In this document: piece after piece, positions 1-11,820 of the stretch | How the letters are laid out: the number at the start of each line of letters is the position of its first letter | Position numbering within the stretch: the first letter of the stretch is position 1 | Origin: Utricularia gibba | Lineage: Eukaryota > Plantae > Magnoliophyta | Assembly: GCA_002189035.1 (NCBI GenBank) | Contig: NEEC01000013.1 | Location: forward strand, 744,001 to 808,000 | Length of the DNA stretch: 64,000 bases | Direction: 5' to 3' | Notes under the pieces: generated by a model | Told to the model about the DNA's origin: nothing | Databases searched by the model: none | Seen by the model: the letters and a program-made list of their open reading frames with translations, nothing else | Made by a program: the position numbers and the translations under genes

Positions 1-125
1 TAAAAATTATCATACTAATTGACTATTTTAACAAGCAGCGCTAAGTACATTTGCAACACCCACCTCTAGGCACTATGAACGTGGTAAGCAACGCTCAGCT
101 ATGAGTGCTGCATACTTACCATCAC
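1..125. repeat. Left terminal inverted repeat (partial) of the MULE
   Basis: Inverted match to 4626-4670; tggtaag at 82-88 and cttacca at 115-121. Confidence 0.6.
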
Positions 126-529
126 CTAGCTATTCATTTTATTAATGTGATTTTTGTATATAAATTTTTTAATTTTAAAATTTACAATTATAAATTTTAA
201 AATAATATTTTTCAAATATAAGATAAGAAAAAAATTAAATATTACATAATAAAAAAAGTTTAAAAAGATTTAAAATACAAATTAAAAATTATATTATCCA
301 TTTGGTTTTATATATTTTGTTCTCATCTTCTATGTTAAAAGGCTTCATTAGTATGAATCGTATCACATTTTTTTCAACTTCTCGACTACAAGTGGTGTTA
401 TCTTTAAGTGGAATTTGACAATCTCATGTAATAGGTATTGTATTTCACTTTTGAGTAATTTTTTTCATTAATTTTTCTTTTGAAATTTCTTTTTTCATTA
501 AAGTATAATGAGTAAGGTTTTTATCAAAG

Positions 530-3400
530 TGTTCTACAGAGGAAATCTAATTCAAAATGCATCTAGATATGTTGTATACGATAGAGATCCTTTGAAAATC
601 ATCAAGTTAAATGCACATCTATTCTTAATAAATTTATTGAAATTATAAGTGAGACCCTCCAAATATCATCATTGCATTTTCAATTTACCTTAAATGTAAA
701 ATTCTATAATGCGGAATCTGGAAATGCGAATTTTACGGAGATTTTAAGTACCGACCTATCACGTTATATTTTATCACCTACCAATTCGGAGTATGTAATT
801 GAATTGTTTGTCAAAACAAATCTACGATGGGAGGGGACTTCTAGTAATCATGCTCCAAGTGAAATTTAGAGAAATTTTGATATTTTATATCATAAGTTGC
901 GATATAAAATGACATGAACTTTTTTACAATTATAAATTGGAGGTTCAACTTGAACGAACAAACGAGCGAGAGGTGCAACAATAGCAGTTATCCAATATAA
1001 GACTTGGATGCACCATTTGATCCTTTTTGGGAGCTTTCGTCTCGTTATGGATAGAATTCCATCTTCACATTCTAATGTTTGTTATATTCTCTAATTTCTT
1101 TCTATTTTTTAACATTACTATTTTATATTTAATATTTCGTATTTTAAACTTTTATTTCAAGTGATTATGAATATGTTTCATTTGAGATATATGATAATAG
1201 AGGCCACGTAAATCAAACTTATAAGACCTCAATGGCCTTTATTGAAGAGTCTTATTTAGAGGGGGTGATGTATGTTGATAATGACCCCTCGGATATCAAT
1301 GAATCTGACTCTTAGGATAATGAAATTCCGGTGATTTCTAATCATCCATCAGAAACTTGTTTTGAAACTCAAATTGAATCATCGGATTGAATGGACTTTT
1401 TATATGCTGATGATATTGATATATTTGTTCACAATGATTCATATGCTGAGATATCAAATCAATTACAACAAGGATGCATTTTCTAGATAAACAGACCCTT
1501 ATTGATGTAGTTGTTCTCTACAATACTTCTATAGCACATCGAGAGACCTGCATGGTGGTAATTGATAAAAAGACATATGCTTGCATTTGTCATTAGACGA
1601 AGGAAAAAACTTCTAATTGTCTATTCTATCTCTGGGCAGAATTTCATACACAATCTAACACTTGGAAGATCTCGAAGCTTGTACAACCGCATACGTGCGA
1701 TGTCACAGCTAATCTTGCAACATTCAATGTTAATCTTACAATCAAGTTCATTGCACCGCGTTTGATTGCACTTTTGGATGAAAAGATAGATGTTAAGTTT
1801 GTGCAAGCCTATGTAAAGTAGCAATGGCATTATAAGATATTCTATTAGCAGGCATGTGCTTGTATAATCAGAGCCTTTGAGATTCGTTATAGAACATGGG
1901 AAACTTCTACTATTGAGCTACCACGATATTTAAGAGAGCTTCGTACTCAAAACCAAGGCACAATTGTGATATGGCGTCATGGTGGTGATCTACATGGGAA
2001 GAAGGTGTTCCGAAATGTGTTATGGGCTTTCGGGTTTGCTATTCAAGGATTTCAATATTGTCGATCGGTGCTTTGTGTTGATGCGACTCAACTAAACAGA
2101 CGATATAAGTTGTTGGTTTTCGTTGCTATTGATGCTAGCAACTGTGTCTTCCCAGTCGCCTATGCATTCGCATATGGAAAATCAACTGAGGATTGAGAAT
2201 TTTTCTTCCGTAATCTCGCCAATTATGTTATTCGTTAAAAAAAAGATGTTTGTTATTATCTTTGATTGTGCTTCTAGGATTATTGGCGTTTATGACAATT
2301 ACAAACGCTTTGACCCTCCTTATGGCATGCATCGATGGTGTAACTTCCATATCAGAAAAAATTGTATGTCGCATGTTCATTCAAAATCAAAAGGTTTGGA
2401 ACAATGGATCAAAAGAGATTCCTATGCTAGAATCGAAACTAATTTCAATATGGCCATGAGATAGATAGCAAGATATTCGATTGATGTCTATCACTATTTA
2501 GAAAAAATACTTAAAGAGAAGTGGACATTGCTTTATGATGGTGGACATTGGTAAAACGTTTTTTTTTTGTTAGTTTTACTTATTTTAACTAACATGTTTT
2601 CTTAAAATACAGGCACACACTCATGACTACAAATCATGTTGAGTGTATGAATAACGTTTTACAATCAACAAGACGTTTACCTGCAACTGTACTTGCAAAG
2701 GGTATATGAGTTGCAATTGAGTTTCATTATTGAATAAATTTTGATGTTACCATAAGTTTGTAGGTGACCTTCGAAAAGACACGTGAATATTTTGTACGTT
2801 ATAGATCAAAGGCACTATCAAGGCAAAAAAATGGGATTTCCTTAGGACACAAAATCCACATGAAGTATCAAGAATCATCAAATTACTTAACAATGCTTAA
2901 ATGCATATCATATAATGTGAATAGGTAAACATGTGAGGTACAATCTTGGGGTCATCATTCCATGCGAATATATAGAGTCAATGTTCGAGATCAAACTTGT
3001 GACTACGGTATATGACAGATAGACAGATATTCTTATTCTCATGCGCAAATGGCAAACTCTATAAAATTAGTTAGTACTATTATTTAAGAATTGTCAATCT
3101 AATTAATATTTTATTCCACAGGGTTGTCATCAATTCCGTTTAAATCCTATATTGAAGACAAGTGAGTATTACTTGACATCGAACTTAGTGAATACATACA
3201 GATGTTAAGTTCACCTTGTACGTGATGAGAGTCAGTGGGCAGAATCAGCATTTGAGCTGGTTGTTGACTCATCAAGAAGAAGAACAAAGTTGGGTTGCCA
3301 CCAAACAACCAGATTTAGAAGACCGGTAGATTTCCAGCAAAGAGAAAGGCGAAAGTCAAGGGTTACAGAAGTTAACGAAGAAGACACATATGTTAGGCGA
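530..3400 (+). pseudogene. MuDRA-like transposase pseudogene (N-terminus, MuDR domain, MULE DDE domain, SWIM finger)
   Basis: Hand translation across stops and frameshifts: YRGNLIQNASRYVVYDRDPLKIIKL (about 535-610); LQQGCIF*DKQTLID...SNTWKISKLVQPHTC (MuDR domain); WETSTIELPRYLRELRTQNQGTIVIW; VFRNVLWAFGFAIQGFQYCRSVLCVDATQL...AIDASNCVFPVAYA (MULE domain); HRWCNFHIRKN; KEKWTLLYDGGH followed by a GT-AG intron (2551-2612) then MTTNHVECMNNVL; degenerate SWIM motif YRVNVRDQTCDYGI*QIDRYSYSHA; QTTRFRRPVD tail. Confidence 0.9.
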
Positions 3401-3732
3401 GACGATATCCTTTCAACCAATGTATTCTCACCTACTAATCCAACTTACAGACATTCATCATTCGAGAGAATTAAAATTACTAAATGTAATTTTTTTAAAA
3501 TTTCTACATATTTAAAAATACTAGAATATTTCATGATTATAATTATTGTATTCTTATATAATCAAAAATATGATAAAACTATTGTATTACTTGCATATTT
3601 TTAAGTATTACATGTTAACATTCTTTTAATTAATATATTTTTTTTTATAAAAAATTTATTCCCAAAAGATAACAAACTCCATAATACAATTTTTCCAATA
3701 AAACATACTACATATATTGATTTTTCATGGAT

Positions 3733-4186
3733 TCATAAATCTATCAGCTCATGATTTTCTTCAATTGGAGCTTGACCACATCGAAACATTTTCACATGGC
3801 TAGGCACATCATCTGTTTCATATAATCCTTTCAAAAACAATCACATGTATCCATTGTTATGTAATGCATTGTCGTCCCTTTGAGTCATCTTGTAAAAAAT
3901 GGGAAATATTGCATTATTTAACTGTGAATATAGTAACAATACTCAATACTCGTAAATTCTGCATCATTGGAAGAAAATGATAAATTCTTTATCGGATTTA
4001 GAAGCGATTTCTCTTGTGAATCATCAATTAATAATGTGTTATTTGGATTATAATGATTTCTGAATATTCTAGCATTATTCCAAATCCGTCGCAGGTCTTT
4101 AAACTTAATGGTGTTGAAGCTCTCATCAATACATCTTCTAGTGTCGGTGCATTGTTTTATACCCCAACAAAATGCAAGTTTACGGC
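3733..4186 (-). pseudogene. FCP1-homology / NIF (HAD-superfamily phosphatase) gene fragment, two exons, inside the MULE
   Basis: After acceptor ttgcag, 4186-3993 reads RKLAFCWGIKQCTDTRRCIDESFNTIKFKDLRRIWNNARIFRNHYNPNNTLLIDDSQEKSLLNP; intron 3992-3922; then 3921-3733 reads LNNAIFPIFYKMTQRDDNALHNNGYM*LFLKGLYETDDVPSHVKMFRCGQAPIEENHELIDL*. This follows recalled plant FCP1-domain motifs in order (LLFCWDQS.CT.TG, FKEL.KLW, NTLLIDDSP.KAL.NP, TAIFP, DLR.YLEGL, FGQ.AI). Confidence 0.8.
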
Positions 4187-4464
4187 TGCAACTTTACAGA
4201 ATATAGTTATATTAGTACTAAGAATGAGAAAATGAAAATTGTTAGAGTGACAAGAAGAGAAGAGTAGAAGAATATAAGAAGAGAAAAAGAGGAGTAAAAT
4301 AATAATAAGAGTTGATGAAAAATAAATAAGGTAATTTACATTTATTATTATCATTTTATTTTTTATTTAAATAATTAAATTATTACATTGTGCATTGAAT
4401 AATCACCATATACTTCAAATATTGGTTATCAAATATGATGCCACATATGCAATGCCCAACTGGG

Positions 4465-4680
4465 TGGCACTTACCATGGGCGCAACGCCCAATTGGACAG
4501 CACTTACCATTTTCGCGACGCCCAAAGATGGGCACTGCTTACCAAGTCCGCAGCAACCAAACCAGGGTGCTGCTTACCAAGTCCGCAGCAACCAAACCTA
4601 GACGGTACTTACCATGTCCGCATGGGCGGTGCTTGTTAAATTAGTCTGTCAATTCAATAATTTTTTTTAAAAAGTGAATT
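4465..4680. repeat. Right TIR and subterminal array of about 35-bp units with core CTTACCA
   Basis: CTTACCA at 4470, 4503, 4538, 4573 and 4608; gcttaccaagtccgcagcaaccaaacc occurs twice exactly. Confidence 0.75.
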
Positions 4681-6371
4681 AATAGATATTTTATAATTTT
4701 ATTAAATTAGAAATTCAATATTAATTTAAAGTAAGTTTTATTATTATATAATAGTTGGAATTTAAATAGTAATTAGAATTTAATTAAAATGTGATATTTT
4801 ATAAATGAAAAATAAAAATTAAGATATTATGTAAATATAGAAAAATATGAAATTTTATAAAACAAAATATATAATTTGTGATATTAAAATTATTTTGCAT
4901 TATTGTACAAATGAATTTCTAGATTTAAGTCTTTTTACAAAGAAAAATAAAAAAGTAAGTAATTTATAAATTAGAACAAAAAATTCATTAGATTGCAAAT
5001 GAAAAATTATAATCTATGTAAAACACTAATAAAACAAAAAGTTACGGTATTTTGTCAATCTCTAACACATGTATTTATCAAGTTAAATCATAAAATCTAA
5101 GGTATTTTGCAAATAAAAATAAAAAATAAGATAATTTACAAATTAGAAAAAAATTTAAGGTAAATTGCAAATAAAAAAATTGTGCACATGTAAAATACTA
5201 ATTAACTCGATTAATTTTGTTGTTTATTAAAATTTTAATAAAATAAATTAACAAAATTTACTGTATTTTTTTTTTTTTTACAATAGAAGATTGAGGTTCG
5301 CATCTCACCTATAAAGCATAGATGCATCATCCATTGAATATGATAAATTGAAAAATATTCTATTAAGATAATATTAATATACATTTCTTTTATAGTTTAT
5401 TATTATTATGAATATAAAAAACAAAAATATTACTAAAAATCAATAATTAATAGGCCAAAAAGTATTGTTGTAAAAGAGTATAAATCAAATGGCAAGGAAG
5501 ATTAAAACCAAACGATGAATGATGATTGAAATTATCAAGATGATAAAAATATTTTAATATATTTTTTAATTTTTTAATAATAATAACGTATCTCTAGTTA
5601 CCCACATACCCGTATATCTGGTGTGCCTTGCAACCTCTCAGAAGAAGACGCTGGAGAGCAAGGTGAAAGACATGGCTCAACGACATTCCTCCTCATGATT
5701 CTCCGCCTCCAGTGCGCCGTGAATCATCGCGGCATCTTCGAACAGCGCCCGATTCTCCTCCGGCTTTTTGTCGCGTTGTTCTTGATTTGCTGGGTGATTC
5801 ACATTTTCACCGATTCGCGGTGCGATTGCTCGGGATTCCTCTGCTGCCTTGCGCTCATCGCCGTGTTGGTTGTCCTTTTTGTCGTTCCTAGGGCTCTTTC
5901 TTTCCCCTGAATACGCTTTTTCTTCGTCTCTCGCTGTTTGTGCCAAAGCTCTTCGCTGCGGATCGGAGTCTTCGAGTTGCCTCGTCCAGACTCTAGAGAA
6001 GAGAGAGTGCTAGCGGAGGTGAAGGCCTACGTGCACACGCCAACGCCGCCGCAGTTCTGTACTTGCGTTTGACTTCAGCCGCCGATTCAATCGCCATTTC
6101 TGTGATGCGATCGCTTCTGCCAAAGTGAACTCAAGCATATAACTGAAAATTTTATAAATGGAAATTTGGTTGAATATAAAAAAAAAAAGTAATAAAATAG
6201 TAAAATCGGTTAACAAAACATTGCTTTGAGTTGAGCGAATGAGCATCTGCCACCGACGATGTCGTGTCTGTAAATCCAAGGGGTCGTATTGCTTCTCCAT
6301 CGTCAAATTCCGGCCACCAACTCCTCCGCCTCTAACATTACTCTTTTTTTGATTGCCACCCGAAGCCGAGA

Positions 6372-9203
6372 ATGCCCACCGCTGCTGCGTCGAATCATTC
6401 TAGTGGCCTGGAGGAATTGATCGCCCGCCTCAAATCTGCTCACTGCCCTCCCGAAGCTAAGCTTAAGGCGTTGAGGGACTTGAAGAACCGGATTATTGGG
6501 AATCGTACCAAGAAGTTGGCGTTTCTGAAGGTTGGCGCAGTGCCTGCGGTTGTGGGAATCCTATCTTCTGCTGCCGCTATTGTGGGGCGAGCTGCGGATG
6601 GGGAAAATCTCGAGTTTCATGAGTCTGTGTTGATTCAGTCTGTTGCTGCACTTGGGAGTTTCGCATGTGGATTGGATGCTGGAGTTAAGGCCGTCTTGGA
6701 TGCTGGAGCTTTCCCACTACTCTTGAGTCTTGTTTCCGATTCAAGTGAAAAGGTTTATTTAGATCACTACCTGCTTGGTTTCTTGACAGTGATGATACAC
6801 ATAGCGCATATGACGGAGGGCTGAAATTTGTAGTGTCTTTGCTTTTTTGAAATATTCAATGGGTTCTTAGTCTTCGAGGTTTTGATTTTTGGTGTGTTTG
6901 CTGCAGATTTCTGATGCTAGCGCCCGAACACTTAGAATGATATATCAATCCAAATTGGCTCCCAAATTTGATTTTTTATTAGAGAAAAACATGGGATTCC
7001 TCCTTTCTCTTCTCAACAGTGAGAATGAGAACTTGACTTGTCTTGGTGCCAGTATTATCTCACAGTCATGCCAGACAGCTTTGGAGCAGCAAGCCTTGAA
7101 TGAAGCTGGGGTTGTAAAGAGAGTATTAGGTCTTCTTGGTGGTTCTGTTACTCAGAAGGATGCTAGTTTAGAGTGTCTGGCTGCTATCATTAAGAATAAT
7201 CAAGAGATCGTTAGGAGGTTCGCAGAACGTGGAGAGTTAAATGCAGTAGTGGAACTGATAAGAGATAAGAATCCTCGGACGAGATTGTTAGCTTGCACAT
7301 GTATTGTCAGTCTAAGAAACTCCTTTACAACTTGTTTTCATGACTCTGGGATCAGAAAAAGGCTGGTTCTCGTTTTATGTGAACTCATAGACGATCCCAG
7401 TCAAGTTGGAGATGAGGCTCCCTTTGTCCTGTCTGGTTTAATATCACAAAAGGAAGATATGCAGAAACTTGCTTATGAAGCTTTTGTGATTGAGAAACTA
7501 TGTGAGCATTTAAGCAAAGGCGCTTTGACACCAAAACGCTTGGAAGGCATACTCTTAGCCCTTGCTGATGTTTGCTCGAAGCTGGAATGCTGCAGGGACA
7601 AGGTCCTGAATTCAAAGGTTGTAATTTAATGGTTTCATATTTTTCTCGCTACCATTGTTCATATTTGATTTTTATCCACTAGTTTACAATCCATATTCTG
7701 CTATTTATTTTAAAACAGCCTTGTTTTTGCTTGTGATGTACTCGAATTCATTCTCCATCTAATCTTTCTGCTAGTCACTACCCATTCCCCAAGACTGTGA
7801 TATTCAAGGGTGGTACAGAGCACATCATTAAGACTTACATACACTTTACTGTTTGATAGGTCCTCACCTCCCTAATTCAAGCATTAGCTCATGATAGTGC
7901 TGCTGTGCGTGGTGCTTCGTGCACTCTTGTAAAAAATATTGCTCGATCTGTCAAGGTTTGCTGCTTCATCCAAAGCACTTAATTTATGTATCTTTGTTTC
8001 TCTATTTTACCATCGCTAACTGAAGCATCCAGAATTTGAGTGCAGGATATTTTATGAATGAAAGCGTTGTCTTTCCATTGGTCCGGCTTTTGTTCGACTG
8101 TAGTACATCTGTGCAGGTGTGTATATGTGGTTTTTTTGGTTGCTATTCTTGACATATCCTTGTCTTTTGTATGCCTGTAAGGAATAACCGAATACAAACC
8201 ATTAGGCTGCGAAAAATTCATTTCCTTAAAATGGTTGCTTTCCAGATTGCTGCCCTGGGTGCTATTAGTAATGTCGTAGTTGACTTCAATCCTCAAAAAT
8301 CCCTGTTCATAAAATGTGGAGGCGTGAAACAGCTTGTCCATCTTTTGCAATCTATGGAATCCAAGGTCAGAGTCAATGCCTTATGGGCATTGAAGAATCT
8401 CTCATTTCATGTAGACAACAGATGCAAAGAAGAGATTTTGTTGGAGCTGTCTACTTCAGCCATGGCAAGCCTCATTAGTGGTACCTTCTATGTTTAATTT
8501 TGTGGGTGTATGTGTTTGTTTCTTCCGTTATCCACCAACTGTTTTTATGTTTATGCCAGACCCTGATGCCTCTCTTCAGGAGCAAGCGTTGGCCTTGATC
8601 CGAAATCTTGTGGACGGTACTTTAAACTCAATAGAGTATGTGTTTGGTGAGGAAAGCCTTCTCCTTCATGCCATCGGAAGGCAACTGCGACTGTCATCGT
8701 CAGCTGAGGTTCTGACTCAAGTAAGGAGTTCCTGTGTCTTATTGTCTATAATTGCAGCTACGAAATTGCATGACATGTAGAGATTGTTTTCCAATACAGG
8801 CTATGTACACACTGAGCAACATCGCTTCAGGGAATGAGCACCACAAGGAAGCGATAATGGCACAACTTTTCCCGCACGAATGCAAGGACATGGAAAATAT
8901 TCTAATCAAACATTTGCGTAGCATTAACAGCCAGTTGAGGACAGCTGCAGCTTGGACCATCATAAATCTTACTTTTCCAGGTAGTCCGGGCACATCTGGC
9001 AGGGTGACTGAACTTCGAAACGCCAATGTGGTTTCTCAACTCAAGAACATGGTCAATGATCCTTGTCTTGATGCAAGGGTATGGTTCAGGATATCTGTAT
9101 ACCTTTCTTTTCAACTGCTCTTTCTCATTTCTAGTCTTTTCTTGCAATTCAGCTCCGGATAAGAACAGCCCTTGGCCAGTTAATGTTGTTCCTTGACGCA
9201 TAA
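6372..9203 (+). CDS. ARMC8: Armadillo repeat-containing protein 8 (GID5/VID28-like subunit of the GID/CTLH E3 ligase), 8 exons
   Basis: MPTAAASNHS...KLKALRDLKNRIIGNRTKKLAFLKVGAVP; ARM repeats; in-frame GT-AG junctions checked; ends VNDPCLDAR|LRIRTALGQLMLFLDA* (TAA 9201-9203). Confidence 0.9.
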
Positions 9204-9736
9204 ATTATGTAGAGCCGGATGGAAGATGACATCAACACCTGGTGCAATCTGGCTTTACCTGGCCATGGTGCCTGTTTTCTGCATCAGGCATGCAGAGCAT
9301 TTTTCTTGGCGAGCGCTTGGGCATGACAGCCAATCTTGAACTGAATTCCCTTTGATACAGCACAGAACATGCCAGTTTGAGCTACTCCTAATGGTGAGAT
9401 CTTATGCTGTTCTTGGCATTATGTACTCTGTATACCTTTACACTTGTCGAATGATATGTATGTCCATAAGTTCAACGAGCAACTGAATTTGATGGGCGTT
9501 ATTTGTAAGAAGAGTTCACCACATTTATATTTCTCTCCTGCTACTAAGAATAAAATACAAAAAGAATTATGCAAAAATGGACACATCAGGGTAAAATACG
9601 AGATAGATATTACCCATTTCATGTGAACAAGTTATTTTGAAAAAAACAAGAGAGGAGAACAAACAAAAAGGAGGATCCAATAACCAACTAATCTTTGGTT
9701 TTCTTCAACATGTTTACACATTGTTTCAAACGAACC

Positions 9737-11635
9737 TCATTCATCTGTGCTGCCTACATTTCTCAGCTTTTCTGGCTCATGGTTCTCGAAGATGCTTGAA
9801 TCATCGGTATCGTACTGCTCGTGGTCAGCTCGTGCTTCAGGAGTAGCGTCTCCATGCTGGCTGCTAGCTGAGCTACCGTCTGTCTCATTCATGGTAGAGT
9901 CGGTTTCATTTGCAAAAGTTTGCTTGTCCATCATCCCTGCCAGGGCTTGCCTTGGGGACCACTCAAGAACATCATCGATGATGTTCGATACTCGCTTTTG
10001 GTACCTGCAATCACGAAAATCCAAGAACAATATGGAATCTATTTACCCAAAGTGACATGTTCCACCTTACTTTGTATGCGTAGCTGGGGCGAAATGGTGC
10101 AAATGGATGAGGTGTGATTCATTATGATGGGATCATGTACCTGGCTCGCGTTGCTTCGTCAGGAGCATGGTGTCTAAGCAGCAGAATGACTAATACTGCT
10201 ACCACAGTGTAAAAAAGCCTAGCTGTCAACTTCGGCTTCTCAGCTTCATCTTTCTTGGGCCAAAACTGGAATAGTTCATTCAGAGTAGCTTCTTCAGCGA
10301 GAATGTTGGGGAAAATCCACACCCGTTTCCCAAGTATAATCCAAAAAGCTCCGAATATGACGGCTCGAACTGCATCAAAAGTTTTGGACCCTCTTAAAAA
10401 TGCAAATCAAGAGAAAAATGGGTGCTCTCTCATCTAAGATCAAAAGATTATAGAATCTTCGGGAAAAGTGTAGAACATGCGTAAACTATTTACCTGACAG
10501 ACCAAAAAAATAACTTACCCAGAAGAACGCAAAATATGACAAGCAGCAGGCTGGCACAAAAGTAGAGTATCCCTAGCTTGACCTTGTGCGGATACACAGG
10601 GAATAAGCAGATAGCTAATGTTAAAACAGGCCAGAAGAATGAAAGGAGGTGCTGCCATAAAGGCCATCTGCTCACAAACGTCCACGCAAAAAATGCATCA
10701 TTATCAGAAAAAAATTGCTCCTGCAAGAAAAAAAAACACAAAGACGTTCAGTGGTATGGTAGGCTTTTCCTAAATTTACAGAAAAGAAATGATTTAGACG
10801 ATTACACGGCTATTCAGGTTATTTGGAGACTTCATAGGACGTTGAATTCACGCGGCTTAGATTAAGACATATGGTTAACTAATTCCGTGACGCAGATATT
10901 TTTCCAGTAGACATCTCAAAATGCATTCTTAATTGCCAAAAAAGTGAATAAACCACTACGCACCAAAGAACGCATTAGAGGAACTTACAGAAAATATCTC
11001 CAAATGCGCAGGCCAAGTTGACAGTTTCCTCTTCCCTGGACGAACAGTTTTAACAACACGATCACATCGAACAATTAGATTCTTTCTCAGGAGAATGTTA
11101 GCAATATCCTCGCTTTCTAAATCCTTTTGTGATCCGAGAAAGTCTTTGAATTCTGGATGATTTCTTAAGAAACTAACGAAGTCCTTTCCTCGGAAATACT
11201 CAACTCTTGTCTCCTGTAAAATGGCCCATCTTGACTCCAGATCCTTGTGGTTCCTTACTTTCTCAGCGAATATCTGAAACTCATCTTTCTTCGCAGCTTG
11301 CTTCTGGCATACAATTTTTTTTTTTGAAAATAGAAAACAAAAGAAAAACATAAGCAACTGAGCAAGACCTGGAATTTTGTAAAGCAAATCCCCCCCACAT
11401 TCCAATCAGAATTTCAGCCGTTAGTGCTTACCAAAGATTCCAGATCTCTTCTCTACACGTTGCAAAAGCGATGGGCCGAAATAAAATCTCGAAGAACGGC
11501 CAGATCTTTCAATGCACAAAATATAATACGGCGAAAGCAACCACTAACCCTAGGATGTGTATCGGTCGGCGATTCGACATAAGAACGGCGCCCTCTCCTC
11601 TTATCCATCGACGTTCCAGCGCCGACTCTCTTCAT
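9737..11635 (-). CDS. SEC62: Translocation protein SEC62, 5 exons
   Basis: MKRVGAG...; FQIFAEKVRNHKDLESRWAILQETRVEYFRGKDF; RVVKTVRPGKRKLSTWPAHLEIF; TM segment SFFWPVLTLAICLFPVYP; VWIFPNILAEEATL; YQKRVSNIIDDVLEWSP. All junctions GT-AG and in frame. Confidence 0.95.
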
Positions 11636-11764
11636 TTCTCTCCCGACTTCCCCCAACTTACAGATAGGAATGCTTGCTGCCGACTGCACTCCCTCTTTCC
11701 AGTTTCTGTTTCTTTTTTTTTTTTTTTCTTCTTTCACAGACAAAATGAATCTATTGTTATTGAA

Positions 11765-11820
11765 AACAAAAAAAAAAAAGAAGAAAAAAAAAACACACAC
11801 ACACACACAACACACACAAA
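11765..11820. repeat. Poly-A tracts and (CA)n microsatellite in the SEC62 5' region
   Basis: aaaaaaaaaagaagaaaaaaaaaacacacacacacacacaacacacacaaa seen directly. Confidence 0.9.

Larger units (their letters stand above)
1..4680 (+). mobile_element. Decayed Mutator-like DNA transposon (MULE) with degenerate TIRs, transposase pseudogene and convergent cargo gene
   Basis: Left end gactattttaacaagcagcgc (21-41) matches the reverse complement of the right end (gactaatttaacaagcaccgc, about 4626-4646); both ends carry the CTTACCA/TGGTAAG motif; a MuDRA-type pseudogene lies between. The left terminus probably lies just before base 1, so no TSD could be checked. Confidence 0.8.

Noticed and set aside
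3760-3900. Ulp1 SUMO protease cargo (Kaonashi-type), suggested by QRDDN...LFLKGLY
   Set aside because: The longer translation fits the FCP1/NIF family over two exons, and no Ulp1 His/Asp/Cys context is present.
4465-4625. CRISPR-like reading of the 35-bp repeats
   Set aside because: The context is a plant nuclear genome, there are no unique spacers or cas genes, and the units form part of a MULE terminus.
4905-5270. Degenerate tandem duplication of about 175 bp in the AT-rich spacer
   Set aside because: It is low-complexity and highly diverged, with no sign of function.
5265-5345. Poly-T followed by a B-box-like ggttcgcatctc (possible SINE or tRNA relic)
   Set aside because: There is no A-box or cloverleaf, the tail orientation is inconsistent with the box, and it is too short to call.
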